From Centroscyllium fabricii (lineage: Eukaryota), in the NCBI GenBank assembly GCA_051313645.2, contig JBNRSN020000012.1, positions 28,024,001 to 28,088,000 on the forward strand: a stretch of DNA of 64,000 nt, read 5' to 3'. Below, in pieces: positions 1 through 11,987 of the stretch (positions within the stretch are counted from its first letter, which is position 1; the number at the start of each line of letters is the position of its first letter). Under the pieces are notes generated by a model. It saw nothing but the letters and a program-made list of their open reading frames with translations, was not told the origin of the DNA and searched no databases. Position numbers and translations under genes: made by a program.

Positions 1-199
1 AGAGGAGTCATTTTCTCAGTTACCATTCCCATTAGGAGGCCTCTCCCACCAACCACCTGGTGCCCATGAACTTCTGACTATTTAAAATGAGCACGCGTGC
101 CTGAGTTTCCAGTATCGTTCTCCCGATTCTCCACCCCCCCCACACCACCCCCGGAATTAACCCCCAGAAGTGCAAAGCCAGAAAATTATTCCTTTGATG

Positions 200-1245
200 T
201 CAGCATTCTTCACCTTAAATCTCCATTGTCCACCCCCTACCTCAGCCCACTTGATGCTGAAACCCTCACCCATGCCTTTGGCAGCTCCAGACTCCGCCAT
301 TCCTGGCCGGCCTCCCATCCTCCGCCCTCCATGACCATCAGCTCCTCCAAAACCCCTGCTGCTCATGCCCTCTCCCACACCATGTCCTTCTTGCCCATCA
401 CTCATGCCTTCACTGACCTACATTGGCTCCCAACCCCTTCATTTCAAATTCACATCCTTCTTTAATTTCCTCCATGGCCTCGCCCCTCCCTATCTCTGTA
501 ACCTCCTCCAACCCTCCCCCACCCCATCTCAAGCTTTCCGTTTCTCTAGACTCTGGCCTCTTGTGCATCGCCTTCCTTCATCCCAACCATTGGCAACCGT
601 GCCTTTGGGTGGCACGGTGGCACAGTGGTTAGCACTGCTGCCTCACAGCACTGGAGACCCGGGTTCAAATCCAGACCCGGGTTCAAATCCAGCCTCGGGT
701 ACTATCTGTGTGGAGTTTGCACATTCTCCCCGTGTCTGCATGGGTTTCCTCCGGGTGCTCCGGTTTCCTCCCACAGTCCAAAGATGTGCGGGTTAGGTTG
801 ATTGGCCAGGATAAATTGACCCTTAGTGTTCGGGGGATTGAATATGTGGGGTTAGGGGGATAGGGTGGGATATGTGTCGGTGCAGGCTCAATAGGGATCG
901 AGGGATATGGGGAGAGGGTAGGGGCGGGGTGCTGGGTTTGGATGATCAGCCATGATCTCATTGAATGGTGGAGCAGGCTCGAAGGGCCGAATGGCCTACT
1001 CCTGCTCCTATCTTCTATGTTTCTATGTTTCTATGTTTAACCATCTAGGCCCCAAGCTTTGGAATTCCTTTCTAACTGCTTCCGCCTCTCCACCTCCCTC
1101 TCCTCTTTTAAGAGTCTTGTTCAAACCCACCTCTTTGGCCACCGCCTCCTGCCAGCTCCATCTGGCGTCTATTTTTCCCCTGATGCCGCTGTGAATCGCC
1201 TTCATTTTCTACATTAAAGGTGCGATGTCAGTGCAAGCCGTTGTT
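200..1245 (+). mobile_element. Degenerate L2-clade LINE 3' fragment, split by a V-SINE
   Basis: Remnant peptides DAETLTHAF, DLHWLP, LHGLAPPYLCNLLQP and GPKLWNS in shifting frames, typical of the L2 ORF2 C-terminus. Confidence 0.75.
608..1036 (+). mobile_element. HE1-type V-SINE
   Basis: tRNA-like head (ggtggcacagtggttagc ... gggttcaaatcc), V-domain tgtgtggagtttgcacattctcccc, CR1/HER1-like tail ending (ttctatgt)n; the 18-bp B-box segment is tandemly duplicated. Confidence 0.85.
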
Positions 1246-1438
1246 TCTGCTCCAATTTTCTACACTTTTCTACAGGTGTCAGCTGTGGCTCAGTGGGTAG
1301 CACTCTCTCACCTTCAAGAAATAAGGTTGTGGGTTCATAGTCCTGCTCCAGAGACTTGAGCCCAAAAGTCTAGGCTGACACTCACTCCAGTGCAGTGCTG
1401 AGGGAGTGCTGCACTGTCGTAGGTGTTGCAGAAACATA

Positions 1439-2145
1439 AGGGGAAATATTGGGTTGCTCGGAAAGTAGCGCCCCGAAAACGTTTGCGCCGTTGCGCCGTA
1501 AATTGGGTTTTAGCGCCCCAAGTAGGAGGTGGGGTGCTACTGCAGGCGCCTCACCTCGTTCCTTGGGCGCAACAACTGAAGTTCGGGCCACTGTCTGTCG
1601 CTGCGCCACACTCTACAGCACGCCGCGCCGCGGTACTGCAGGCCTCCCTCCCCTTCTTCAAGGGGAGTGGCCTAGCGTGGCGCGGCCTGGAGCCCCGCTG
1701 GACCGCCGGGGATCGGAGTGCCGGTGAATGAGCCCGGCACTCGAGGGAAGTGCCGGGCTCACGGAGCACAGACAGCACTCCGCGGGGGGCGGGGAGGAGG
1801 GGCATCGGGAAAGGCAGGGGACGACAGAGGGGGCAGGTGCTGGCAGGTGGGCAGCAAGAAAAATGGCCGCCTGCCACCCCCCCCTTTAAATAGCGCTGGC
1901 CCAGCTGCAACTACGTCCCCCTGACCCTGTCGGTGACAGCGTCCGGCGCTAAGTCAGGGGGCGCGAGTGAAGTTTGAGGCCGAGGCGCTGCGGCGCAGCA
2001 CCACAGGGTGCTAGCAGCTGCCGCCGCCGCCAGCGCCCCACTGAATATAACGGGAGGCGTCAACTCAGGTGCTCGGTGCCTTGCGCCCCATTGACAGCCC
2101 TCTTAGGGCGCTAACGGCTGCCGCAAGCCACCCAATTTTTGCCTC
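1439..2145. mobile_element. PIF/Harbinger-like GC-rich MITE (family A)
   Basis: About 15-bp TIRs (aggggaaatattggg / cccaatttttgcctc) and a 3-bp TSD ATA inside a CR1 tail; a second copy lies inverted at 18841-19464. Confidence 0.75.
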
Positions 2146-2505
2146 ATAGAAACATAGAAGATAGGAGCAGGAGTAGGCCATTCCGCCCCTCGAGCCTGCC
2201 CCGCCATTCAATGCGATCATGGCTGATCATCCAAACCCAGTACCCCACCCCTGCCTTCTTCCCATATCCCTTGATCCCTTTAGCCTTAAGAAATATATCC
2301 AACTCCTTCTTGAATATATTTAATGAATTGGCCTCTACTGCCTTCTGTGGTAGAGAATTCTACAGGTTCACCACTCTCTGGGTGAAGAAATTCCTCCTCA
2401 TCTCTGTCCTAAATGGCTTTCCCCTTATCCTTAGACTGTGACCCCTGGTTCTGGACTCCCCGGCCATCGGGAACATCCTTCCTACACCTAGTCTGTCCAG
2501 TCCTG
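2146..2505 (-). mobile_element. CR1/HER1 LINE 3' fragment
   Basis: Encodes GLDRL...RTRGHSLRIRGKPFRTEMRRNFFTQRVVNL and carries the (catagaaa)n tail. Confidence 0.85.
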
Positions 2506-2875
2506 TTACAGAAACATAGAAAAATGCACAGTCAGTCGAGGAAACACCGAACCCTGACCCAAAATCCGACTCTGGTGTCTTTCGGATGCTGAACCAAGGT
2601 TCTGCCTGCCTTCTCTCAGCTAGATGTAAAAGATCACATGACACTATTTCGAAGAAGAGCAAGAGAGTTCTCCCTCGTGTGCTGGCCAATATTTATCCCT
2701 CAATCAGCATCACTAAAAAAAAAGAACTCAGATTAGCTCATTGCTGTTTGTGGGAGCTTGCTGTGTGCAATTTGGCTGCTGCAGTTCCTACATTACAACA
2801 GTCACTCCACTTCAAAAGTGTTTTAATTGTCTGTAAAACGCTTTGGGATGTCCTGAGGTCGTGAAAGGCGGATAG

Positions 2876-3131
2876 ACATAGAAACATAGAAACATGGAAG
2901 ATAGGAGCAGGAGTAGGCCATTCGGCCCTTCGAGCCTGCTCCACCATTCAATGAGATCATGGCTGATCATCCAAACTCAGCACCCCGTCCCTGTCTTGTC
3001 CCCATATCCCTCTCGAACCTGTAACGACCCATATCCCACCCTATCCCCGTAACCCCACCTATTTAATCCCCCTAACACTAAGGGTCAATTTATCCTGGCC
3101 AATCAACCTAACCCGCACATCTTTGCACTTT
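2876..3131 (-). mobile_element. 5'-truncated HE1 V-SINE
   Basis: Reverse complement of the 3' half of the 608-1036 SINE. Confidence 0.8.
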
Positions 3132-5057
3132 GGATAAATGCAGGTCTTTCTTCTACTTCTCTCCTGAAGGTGTTGGCGCTTGCTGAGGTACGGCAAATGC
3201 CAGCCCTCTACTACCGCATCCAGGTAGCCATTCGCCCTCTGCGCCTGTTGGCAAGCTATTCAACTGTGGTAATCTTTGCCTGGCATCCATATATGTAGAC
3301 TTTCCAACAGGGGATCATTTGGTAATGACCAAAAGTGGGAATCTTGGCTGATTTCCCCGACGCCCACCCCCGCCCCCCCCCAGTCTCCACCCTTCCTAAG
3401 CCCGAGGGCACTGAGGCCAACTCTGTGCTAATTTAGGAGTCCAATCAGTTAGCTGTACAGCAAATTCTGTGTTGAGATGCAATGTGCTTTTCATGGCACA
3501 GTGCCCAGTATAACTGCTAATTCAAGTCACCGATCTGACTGTGAATGGAATAGTTGCACCTGGCATCTACTACCTTGACTGTCTTTTTAAATCTGCGACT
3601 AATTATCTACACAGGCGTGCCTGGAATTTACACCTGGGGTCTCTTAAGGACCTACTATGGGAACACAGTGTGCAAGCACGCAACACGGTCCTGATTACCA
3701 ATGTACCTGCTTTAAAGGGGCCGCAACACTCGGCCTGCTCTCACACTGCCAGACTGAACACGGCTAACGACCTGACGCTGCGTTCCCATTGGAGGAATGT
3801 CGCGGGGGAGTGCCTCATGGGACGTGGCAGTCGCACAGCCACTCCCCACCAGGATTGTGGAATTGGCCCTTGACTAAGACTGGAGCATGAGTGAGCGTAA
3901 CACAGTATGCAAGAGACACTCGGGTGCTGCTCTTGATCGCGCTTTGATTTTGCCTTCGATTTACGCACTTGCCTTCTGATGGTTTTATTTTGAGCCCTCG
4001 CTGTGTGGGAGTGCCTGTTTCTGATCGTGGTCTGTCCCGCCGCCTTAACAAAGCAATTCAATTCAATTCAATTCAAGTTTTATTGTCATTGCAGAGTACG
4101 AGTACAATACAACGAGATGAAGACTCGCCGCTCCCGAGAGTAGTGCAAATAAATTACATGCAAATTGCATACAGTAAAGTACATTTTCAGGTGTGCAGGT
4201 ACCGGAGTTTTTTTGTTAGAGTTCAGGAGGCTGACAGCCCTGGGGAAGAAGTTGTTCTTGAATCTGGTTGTGCGGGTGCGAATTGATCTGTAGCGTCTCC
4301 CGGAGGGCAGGAGGGCGAACAGACTGTGGCTGGGGTGTGTGGGGTCTTTAATAATGTTCAGAGACCTCCGTAGGCAGCGTTTGAGGTAGGTGCTTTCAAT
4401 TGACGATAGCTGGGTGCCGGTGATTCGTTGGGCAGTTTTGACTACCCGCTGCAGGGCCTTCCAGTCCGAGATGGTGCAATTTCCATACCAGACTGTGATG
4501 CAGCTTGTCAGTATGCTTTCGATTGTGCAGCGGTAGAAGTTGGAGAGGATGCCGGATGACAGCCTGGCTTTTTTCAGCTTCCTTAGGAAGTACAGGCGCT
4601 GTTGGGCCTTCTTAACCAGAGAGGAGGTGTTTAGTGACCAGGAGAGGTCTTCCGAGATGTGGACCCCGAGGAACTTGAAGCTGGACACCCTTTCCACCTC
4701 AGCCCCTTGGATGAAGATGGGGGTGTGTCTTCTGCTTTCAGTCCTCCGGAAGTCCACTATGATCTCCTTAGCTTTCTTGGTACATAGATACATAGATGAT
4801 AGGAGCAGGAGTAGGCCATTCGGCCCTTCGAGCCTGCTCCGCCATTCAATGAGATCATGGCTGATCCTTCAGTTCAGTATCCCGTCCCTGCCTTCTCTCC
4901 GTAACCTTTAACCCCTTTTGCCTGCAGAAATATATCTAATTCCCTCTTAAATATATTCAATGAGCTGGCATCCACTGCCCTCTGTGGTAGTGAGTTCCAC
5001 AGGTTCACCACTCTCTGGGTGAAGAAATTCCTCCTCATCTCTGTCCTAAATGGTTTA

Positions 5058-5344
5058 ATGCAAAAAGTCACACAACACCAGGTTTAAAGTCCAACGTTTT
5101 ATTTTAAATCACAAGCTTTCGGAGCGTCTGCCCCTTCGTCAGGCAAAGAGAAACTGAAGTCAAAGATCACACACATGGGGGAGGGGAGAAATTTCTCTTT
5201 GACTTCAGTTTCTCTTTGCCTGACGAAGGGGCAGACGCTCCGAAAGCTTGTGATTTAAAATAAAACGTTGGACTTTAAACCTGGTGTTGTGTGACTTTTT
5301 GCATTTGTCCACCCCAGTCCAACACCGGCACCTCCGCATTATGG
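5058..5344. mobile_element. Penelope-like element (PLE) fold-back insertion
   Basis: Perfect 109-bp inverted repeat (5058-5166 / 5196-5304) and a 12-bp TSD ctaaatggttta (5046-5057 / 5345-5356); homologous to the PLE end at 16769-16900. Confidence 0.85.
5216..5254 (+). ncRNA. Minimal hammerhead-ribozyme-like core in the PLE terminal repeat
   Basis: CUGACGA-A-GGGGC(AGAC)GCUCC-GAAA-GCUU-GUGA: conserved core, stem II and palindromic AAGCUU, the architecture reported for PLE minimal hammerheads. Confidence 0.6.
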
Positions 5345-8076
5345 CTAAATGGTTTAGCCCTTATCCTTAAACTGTGTCCCCTAGTTCTGTACTCTCCTGC
5401 CATCGGAAACATTCCTTCTGCATCTAGTCTGTCCAGGCCTGTCAGAATTTTATATGTTTCTATGAGATCCCCTCTCAATCTTCTAAACTCCAGTGTGTAC
5501 ATCCCCAAACTAGATAGTCTCTCCTCATAGGTCATTCCTGCCATTCCTGGTATCAGCCTGGTGAATCGCCGCTGCACTCCTTCCATGGCAAGAACATCCT
5601 TCCTCAGATGAGGCGACCAAAACTGCACACAGTACTCGAGGTGTGGTCTCACCAGTGCCCTGTACAGCTGTAGTAAGGTGTCCTTGTTCCTGTATTCTAA
5701 CCCTTTTGATATGAAGGCCAGCATACCATTTGCCTTCCTGACCGCCTGTTGCACCTGCATGCTCGCCTTCAATGACTGGTGCACAAGAACACCCAGGTCT
5801 CTCTGTACTTCCCCATCTCCCAATCTATTGCCATTTAAATAATAATTTGCCCTCCCATTTTTGCCCCCAAGGTGGATAACTTCACACTTGTCCACATTAT
5901 AGTGCATTTGCCATGTATCTGCCCAGTCCCCCAATTTGTCCAAATCGCTCTGGAGCTTCCTGATCCCCTCCTCTGAGCCTACCCCCCCTCCTAGTTTAGT
6001 GTCGTCTGCGAATTTGGAGATGCTGCATCCGATTCCCTGATCTAGGTCATTAATATAAATTGTGAACAGCTGGGGACCCAGGACAGATCCCTGAGGTACC
6101 CCACTTGTTACTGCCTGCCATTCAGAAAATGAGCCGTTTATTCCAACTCTCTGTTTTCTATCTGCCAGCCAGTTCTCTATCCACGTCAATACTTTTCCCC
6201 TTATCCCATGAGCCTTGATTTTACATGCTAATCTTTTATGTGGGACCTTATCGAAGGCTTTTTGGAAGTCCAGGTACACCACATCTACTGGCTCTCCCCC
6301 ATCTATTTTACCAGTTACTTCCTCAAAGAATTCCAATAGATTCGTCAAGCACGATTTTCCTTTTGTAAATCCATGTTGACTCTGTCCTATCCTGTCCCCA
6401 TTTGCCAAGTGCTCTGCTATTACATCCTTAATGATGGACTCTAGTATTTTGCCCACCACCGATGTAAGGCTTACAGGTCTGTAATTGCCCGCTTTTTCCC
6501 TACCCCCCTTTTTAAATAGTGGGGTAACGTTAGCTACCCTCCAATCCATGGGCACTGTTCCCGAGTCTATCGAATTCTGGAAAATTATCCTTAACGCATC
6601 TGCTATCTCTAGGGCCACCTCCTTGAGTACCCTAGGATGCATGTTATCAGGCCCTGGGGATTTGTCAGCCTTTAGTCCCTTTAGCTTCCCCAACACCATA
6701 TCCTTAGAGATATTGATTTTTGTCAGTTCCTCCCTTGCAATTGTCCCTATGGTTCCTGATATCTCAGGGAGTCTTTTTGTGTCTTCCTTTGTGAAGACAG
6801 ACCCAAAATATGCATTTAATTGGTCTGCCATTTCCTTATTTCCCATTATATATTCCCCAGAATCTGACTGTAATGGACCGACTTTGGATTTCACCAGTCT
6901 TTTCCTCTTAATATACTTGTAAAAGCTTTTGGAGTTAGTTTTTATGTTTGCCGCAAGCTTACTTTCGTACGCTATTTTTCCCCTCCTGATTAATCCCTTT
7001 GCCCTCCTTTGTTGTATCCTAAACTGTTCCCAATCTTCAGGTCTGGTGCTTTTTTTGGCTATTTTATATGCTCTTTCTTTGGATTTTATGCTGTCCCTAA
7101 TTTCCCCTGTTATCCACGGTTGAGTCACCTTTTTAGATTTCTTTTTATGCCAGATTGGTATAAACAATTTCTGCAATTCTGCCATTCTGTCTTTAAATGC
7201 TTGCCATTGTTTATCCACCGCCAGTCCCCCCAGAAACGCTGCCCAATCAGACTTACTTAATTCCCGTCTCATGGCATCATAATTCCCCTTATTTAAATTC
7301 AGGACCTTAGTCTCTGAGTCAGTTTCTTCGCTCTCCATTTCGAGTGAGAATTCGATCATGTTATGATCGCTCTGACCCAAGGGTCCCCGTACAACAAGAT
7401 TACTAATTAGTCCCTTCTCATTGCACAGTACCCAGTCTAAGATAGCCTGATCCCGAGTTGGTTCCTCGACATATTGATCCAGATAACCATCCCTTAAACA
7501 CTCAAGGAATTCCTCCTCCTCGTTATTTTTACTAATTTGGCTAGTCCAATCTATATGCAAGTTAAAGTCACCTATGATGACAGCTGAGCTCTTATTGCAT
7601 GCTTCTCTAATTTCCCTTTTGATGCCCTCCCCTACCTCCATATTACTATTTGGAGGCCTATATACCACTCCTATTAACGTTTTCCGCCCCTTGCTATTTC
7701 TTAGTTCTACCCATATAGATTCCGTATTAACCGAGTTAATATCCTTCCTTTCAATTGCATTTATCCCCTCTTTTACCAGCAATGCTACCCCTCCTCCCTT
7801 TCTTTTTTGTCGATCCTTCCTAAATATTGAATACCCCTGTATGTTAAGTTCCCAGCCTTGCCCATCCTGCAGCCATGTTTCCGTAATCCCAATTAGATCA
7901 TATTTGTTTACCTCTATTTCTACTGCTAATTCATCCACCTTGTTCCTAATGCTTCTTGCATTAAGGTATAAAGCCTTCAGGCTTGTTTTTTGCTCACACT
8001 TTTTATGAGTTACTTTGGCCCTTTGTGTATTTTGTTTTTTGTTTCTCACCCTTTTACCATTTATTTCTGGCTGCAT
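5275..8076 (-). CDS. CR1 ORF2: AP-endonuclease + reverse transcriptase, C-terminus cut by a Penelope-like insertion
   Basis: 933-aa ORF with YLNARSI, GITETW, GDFN and SDHN (endonuclease) and YLDFQKAFDKV, QGSVLGP and KFADD (RT). The last ~23 aa derive from the insertion; the true C-terminus resumes at 4874-5057. Confidence 0.92.
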   Translation of the reverse strand: MQPEINGKRVRNKKQNTQRAKVTHKKCEQKTSLKALYLNARSIRNKVDELAVEIEVNKYDLIGITETWLQDGQGWELNIQGYSIFRKDRQKRKGGGVALLVKEGINAIERKDINSVNTESIWVELRNSKGRKTLIGVVYRPPNSNMEVGEGIKREIREACNKSSAVIIGDFNLHIDWTSQISKNNEEEEFLECLRDGYLDQYVEEPTRDQAILDWVLCNEKGLISNLVVRGPLGQSDHNMIEFSLEMESEETDSETKVLNLNKGNYDAMRRELSKSDWAAFLGGLAVDKQWQAFKDRMAELQKLFIPIWHKKKSKKVTQPWITGEIRDSIKSKERAYKIAKKSTRPEDWEQFRIQQRRAKGLIRRGKIAYESKLAANIKTNSKSFYKYIKRKRLVKSKVGPLQSDSGEYIMGNKEMADQLNAYFGSVFTKEDTKRLPEISGTIGTIAREELTKINISKDMVLGKLKGLKADKSPGPDNMHPRVLKEVALEIADALRIIFQNSIDSGTVPMDWRVANVTPLFKKGGREKAGNYRPVSLTSVVGKILESIIKDVIAEHLANGDRIGQSQHGFTKGKSCLTNLLEFFEEVTGKIDGGEPVDVVYLDFQKAFDKVPHKRLACKIKAHGIRGKVLTWIENWLADRKQRVGINGSFSEWQAVTSGVPQGSVLGPQLFTIYINDLDQGIGCSISKFADDTKLGGGVGSEEGIRKLQSDLDKLGDWADTWQMHYNVDKCEVIHLGGKNGRANYYLNGNRLGDGEVQRDLGVLVHQSLKASMQVQQAVRKANGMLAFISKGLEYRNKDTLLQLYRALVRPHLEYCVQFWSPHLRKDVLAMEGVQRRFTRLIPGMAGMTYEERLSSLGMYTLEFRRLRGDLIETYKILTGLDRLDAEGMFPMAGEYRTRGHSLRIRAKPFSHNAEVPVLDWGGQMQKVTQHQV

Positions 8077-8639
8077 TTTGCCTTCCTCTTTTTCACTACA
8101 TAGGTTCCTAGCCCCCTGCCATACTAGTTTAAATGCTCCCGAACTGCTTTAGCAAATATTACCCCGAGAACATCAGTTCCATCTCTGGTGTTCAGTGCCA
8201 GGTTGTTGTCGGCACACCATCCCACAAGGCGCTGGATCTCATCCCTGTAGGCTGACTCATCGTTGTTGGTGATCTGGCCAACCACCGTGGTGTCGTCCGC
8301 AAACTTGATGATCGTGTTGGAGCCATGGACAGCCGCACGGTCGTGAGTGAAGAGGGAGTAGAGGAGGGGGCTCAGCACACAGCCTTGTGTGGCCCCCGTG
8401 TTCAGGGTAAGGGCGGGGGGGAGGTGAGGTTGCCTAACTTCACAGACTATGGTCTGTTGGTTAGGAAGTCCATGGTCCAGTTGCAGGGGGGGGTGTTCAG
8501 GCCGAGGGTGAGGAGTTTGGTAGACAACTTGCTGGGGACGATGGTGTTGAATGCTGAGCTGTAGTCAATAAACAGGATTCTGATATACGTAGCTGTCCGG
8601 GTTGTCACGCTGCTGCTGCACCACCATTTCATTTCACAA

Positions 8640-9530
8640 AGCAAGCAGTATAGAAAAGGCAAAGCAACAAGAGAAAATGCTGGCGAATGCTCAGCAGGTC
8701 AGGCAGCATCTGTGCAGAGAGAAGCAGAGTTAATGGCCCAGAAATTAAGGTTGGAGGCTTCCCGCGGGTGTAAGCCTCCAACCTGCACTTACCTTGCGCG
8801 CCGGCCGTTGTGCTGTGGGCCCGCGTGGAATTCCGATCCGGGGCTTCCTCCAACTGCCGGCGTACCGCGCTCATGTATCCCAGCAGCGCAGATAGTGCGA
8901 TGCGTCCCCTAGGATCACGTGGGCCATGGAGAGCCAATCGGAGCAGAGAATGCTCCATTCATAAGTTTGACAGGAAGAGCTGTCAAAACTATGAAAACTA
9001 CAAGCCCCAAAGCATCACTAAAACTTCAAATACATTTTTTTTAAATCACTTGTTTTAAATAACTATAAATTACATGAAATAACAATTTTAAACAATAATT
9101 TAAATTTTTGAACAAATTAATTATATTTTCTAACAGGGATTAAAATATATTTATCTTTCTTTAAAGTATTAAAAAATAATAAACCTGTGGAATTTTTTTT
9201 AAAATTTGAATTAATTCACCACTTTCTTTGTTAAAAGCAGGCCTTACTCCTGCTTTTTTCAAGTGTAAAATCTGCAGACTTACCCAGACAGAAAATCCTG
9301 TAAAAAAAACTGTAAGTGCAATGCGCACGCGCTGTCGCTCCCGCGCATGCGCTTCACCTCTTAACCCCTTAGTTCGGGGGAACGGAAGTGGCGGTTTCCT
9401 GCGCATGCGCAGTGCATGCACAAAACCGGCACTTTCGTGGGGCCTACGGGTGAATACCCCGCCCGTACTCACCCGTGGAGACCCGAATTTCTGGGCCAAT
9501 GTTTCAGGCCGATGACCTTTCGTCAGTATA
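8640..9530 (-). mobile_element. PLE 3' terminal fragment (second PLE family), interrupted by a MITE
   Basis: Minus strand reads ctgacgaaaggtcatcggcctgaaac-att-aactctg...gatgctgcctgacctgctgagc once the MITE is removed. Confidence 0.65.
8735..9497. mobile_element. PIF/Harbinger-like MITE (family B)
   Basis: TIR GGCCCAGAAATT, 3-bp TSD AAT, AT-rich centre; second copy at 55998-56817. Confidence 0.8.
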
Positions 9531-9694
9531 AGAAGGGTAAATGCACATATACTCCCAGCACTAGGGGGAATCAGATCTCGGTCTCAACCCCGACACCCCA
9601 ATAATGAATGCAGAGGGGGGTGGGTGGGGGTACTGCACTGTACACAGCCATGCAGCTGCGCTAAAATTAATATCTTAGATTCGTTTGCTAAACC

Positions 9695-10130
9695 TGTCAG
9701 CCTGTGGCTTGGTGGATAGCACTTTCGCACGTGAGTCAGAAGGTCGTAGGTTCAAGTCCCGCTCCAGAGACTTGAGCAGAAGACTTTGGCTGACACTCCC
9801 AGTGGAGTACTGAGGGAGCGCTGCGCTGCCGCCTTTTCGGATGCGACGTTAAACCGAGGCCCCGTCTGCCCTCTCAGGTGGACGTGAAAGATCCCACGGC
9901 CACTATTTCAGGGAAGAGCAGGGGCGCGTTATCCCTGGTCTCCTGGCCAATATCTATCCCTCAACCAATACCACTAAAAAAACAGATGATCTGGTCATTA
10001 CAAAATTGCTGTCTGTGAGATCTTGCTGTGCGTAAATTGGCTGCCGCGTTTTTTTACATTACAACAGTGTCTACACTTCAAAATGTACCTTAGGACATCC
10101 TGAAAGACGCTATCTAATTGCCAGTTCTTT
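9695..10130 (+). mobile_element. DeuSINE
   Basis: tRNA-like head plus Deu-domain (ttaaaccgaggccccgtctgccctctcaggtggacg...). Confidence 0.8.
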
Positions 10131-10137
10131 CTGTCTT

Positions 10138-10454
10138 TGTACTGAGCCACAGAGGCTTGGTATTTACAGGATCTTCTGGCAGGGTAGTCGCTTGCACTTA
10201 TAATTAATTGGTCTGCTCTGACGCTTAAAGAGTCTGAACCTCCAAACAACCTAGGAACAGTTACTGGTAGGCCAGCTGAGGGCACCTGACCAGGGAGTAT
10301 AAATACTGGGGCCTAAGCACCAGTTTAAACAGAGACACTCTCGTACTAGGAGGCTAGTGACTGTGAACTAGCTCTCTGTCTTTATGTTATGTAATAAGTT
10401 GAATAAAGCCTTGCTTTATGTTCACTAAAAGCTTGGTAAGTCTTTATTCCATCA
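10138..10454 (+). mobile_element. Possible solo-LTR remnant
   Basis: TATAAA at about 10298, AATAAA at about 10402 and a ...ccatCA end; 5' boundary and TSD not resolved. Confidence 0.4.
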
Positions 10455-10682
10455 CTGATCATACCTTTTACATTCATATCCAAATCATTAATGTAGACTA
10501 CAAACAGCAAGGGACCCAGCACCAATCCCTGCGGTACCCCACTGGACACAGGCTTCCAGTCACAAAAACAACCTTCAACCATCACCCTCTGCCTTTTGCC
10601 ACTAAGCTAGTTTTGGATCCAATGTGCCAAGGTGCCCTGGATCCCATGGGCTCTTACCTTTTTGACCAGTCTCCTATGTGGT
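10455..10682 (-). mobile_element. CR1 RT fragment
   Basis: SGVPQGLVLGPLLFVVYINDLD motif. Confidence 0.8.
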
Positions 10683-11149
10683 TCCTGCTGTTACACTGGT
10701 TGAGTGCACTGCCAGGACTGTCTGCATGGTGCTTTACTCCTTCGCTTTTATGCCAGGCTGCCTTCGACTGTGTTCGGTGTGCCTGCCACAGTAAATAGCA
10801 CACTAGGTGCATCCCTGTGAGATGACGTGACACATTGTCACATGACGTGACACATTGTCACACCCCCGTCGCAAATATGTGGTTGAGGCGCTTGTGGGAC
10901 AATTTGCGTGAAAATTTGAATGGGCCGCGCACCCTTCCCCCCAAAAATGACAGGGAATATTGGACACATATGAATTGAACTGGGTGGGGTCCGGGGGGTG
11001 CGGGGGTGGGTGGGATGTGGGAACGGGTGTATTCCTGATGGTTTTGTTCCCACCTCAAACTGCCCGCCCCCCACACTCCCAGCATTGGCTCATCCTCCAG
11101 ACACGCTGCCTTCCCATGGCCAATTGGAAAGCAAACAGACTATGAAGAA

Positions 11150-11591
11150 GCTATGAAGAGAGACTGGACAGGCTGGGGTTGTTTTGCTTGGAGCAGAGAA
11201 GGCTGAGGGGGGACCTGATTGAGGTGTACAAAATTATGAGGGGCATAGATAGGGTAGATAGAAAGGAACTTTTTCCCTTAGTGAAGGGGTCAATCACCAG
11301 GGGGCATAGTTTCAAGGTAAGAGGCAGGAGGTTTAGAGGGGGTTTGAGGAAGAACTTTTTCACCCAGAGGGTGGTTGGGATCTGGAACTCGCTGCCTGAA
11401 AGGGTGGTAGAGGCAGGAACCCTCACAACATTCAAGAAGCATTTAGATGAGCACGTGAAATGCCATAGCATACAAGGCTACGGACCAAGTGCAGGAAAAT
11501 GGGATTAGAATAGACAGGGTTTGATGGCTGGCGTAGACACGATGGGCCGAAGGGTTTCTTTCTGTGCTGTATAACTCCATGACTATGACTC
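11150..11591 (+). mobile_element. CR1 3' fragment
   Basis: RRLRGDLIEVYKIM...TRGHSFK...FFTQRVV followed by a 3'UTR with a (tatgac)-type tail. Confidence 0.85.
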
Positions 11592-11987
11592 TTTGTTACC
11601 CGATTGGATTACTCTTGACATGTTGGTCAAACAGCCTTTATTTCCCATCTCCGATATTTTTATAACTAATAAAGTGTTGAAAGCAAATGGAACTTCCCCC
11701 CCCACCCCCCAGCATTTTGTTTAATGCCCCGATGGTTTTGCTCCTGGATTGCTCACAGCAGACTCCAGGTGATTAACATACAGTTGCTAGGAGACTCGAC
11801 GATAATCCCGGAGGTTTGGGGGGTGGGTGGGGGGTGGTTATTTCGACTCTGCCTGGAGCATGAAAATTAGCAGTGAGTCTGAAGTGGCTTTTTGTAGGCT
11901 TGAACAGCACGATTGTCCCAGTGAACAGCTGTACTCCAGCAAGGAGGAGCGGGCCAGTACAAGAAGAGCGTCAAGTAAGCGGTAATA

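Larger units (their letters stand above)
1276..2875 (+). mobile_element. DeuSINE (SacSINE1/AmnSINE-like), interrupted by a CR1 fragment and a MITE
   Basis: Head gtggctcagtgggtagc at 1276-1430; Deu-domain gtctttcggatg...aaagatc...tggccaatatttatccctc resumes at about 2575. Confidence 0.75.
4782..8185 (-). mobile_element. Young 5'-truncated CR1/HER1 LINE (end of ORF1, ORF2, 3'UTR)
   Basis: ORF1 remnant DGTDVLGVIFAKAVREHLN* at 8124-8185, long ORF2, microsatellite tail at 4782; tggt is repeated at both junctions (4778-4781 and 8186-8189). Confidence 0.95.
4055..8600 (-). mobile_element. Rex1/Babar LINE 3' part (RT and C-terminus), split by a CR1 insertion at 4782-8185
   Basis: 8186-8600 encodes [15 protein letters not shown]...LSPLLYSLFTHD...IIKFADDTT...NNLALNT; 4086-4781 continues KKAKEIIVDFRR...KKAQQRLYFLRKL; (TTGAA)n tail at 4055-4076. 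Confidence 0.9.

Noticed and set aside
5275-8076. Host gene or currently active LINE
   Set aside because: It is CR1 ORF2; the element is 5'-truncated within ORF1 and its C-terminus is disrupted by the PLE insertion.
10822-10861. 20-bp tandem duplication containing TGACGT and a small palindrome
   Set aside because: Only two copies; consistent with simple slippage and no evidence of function.
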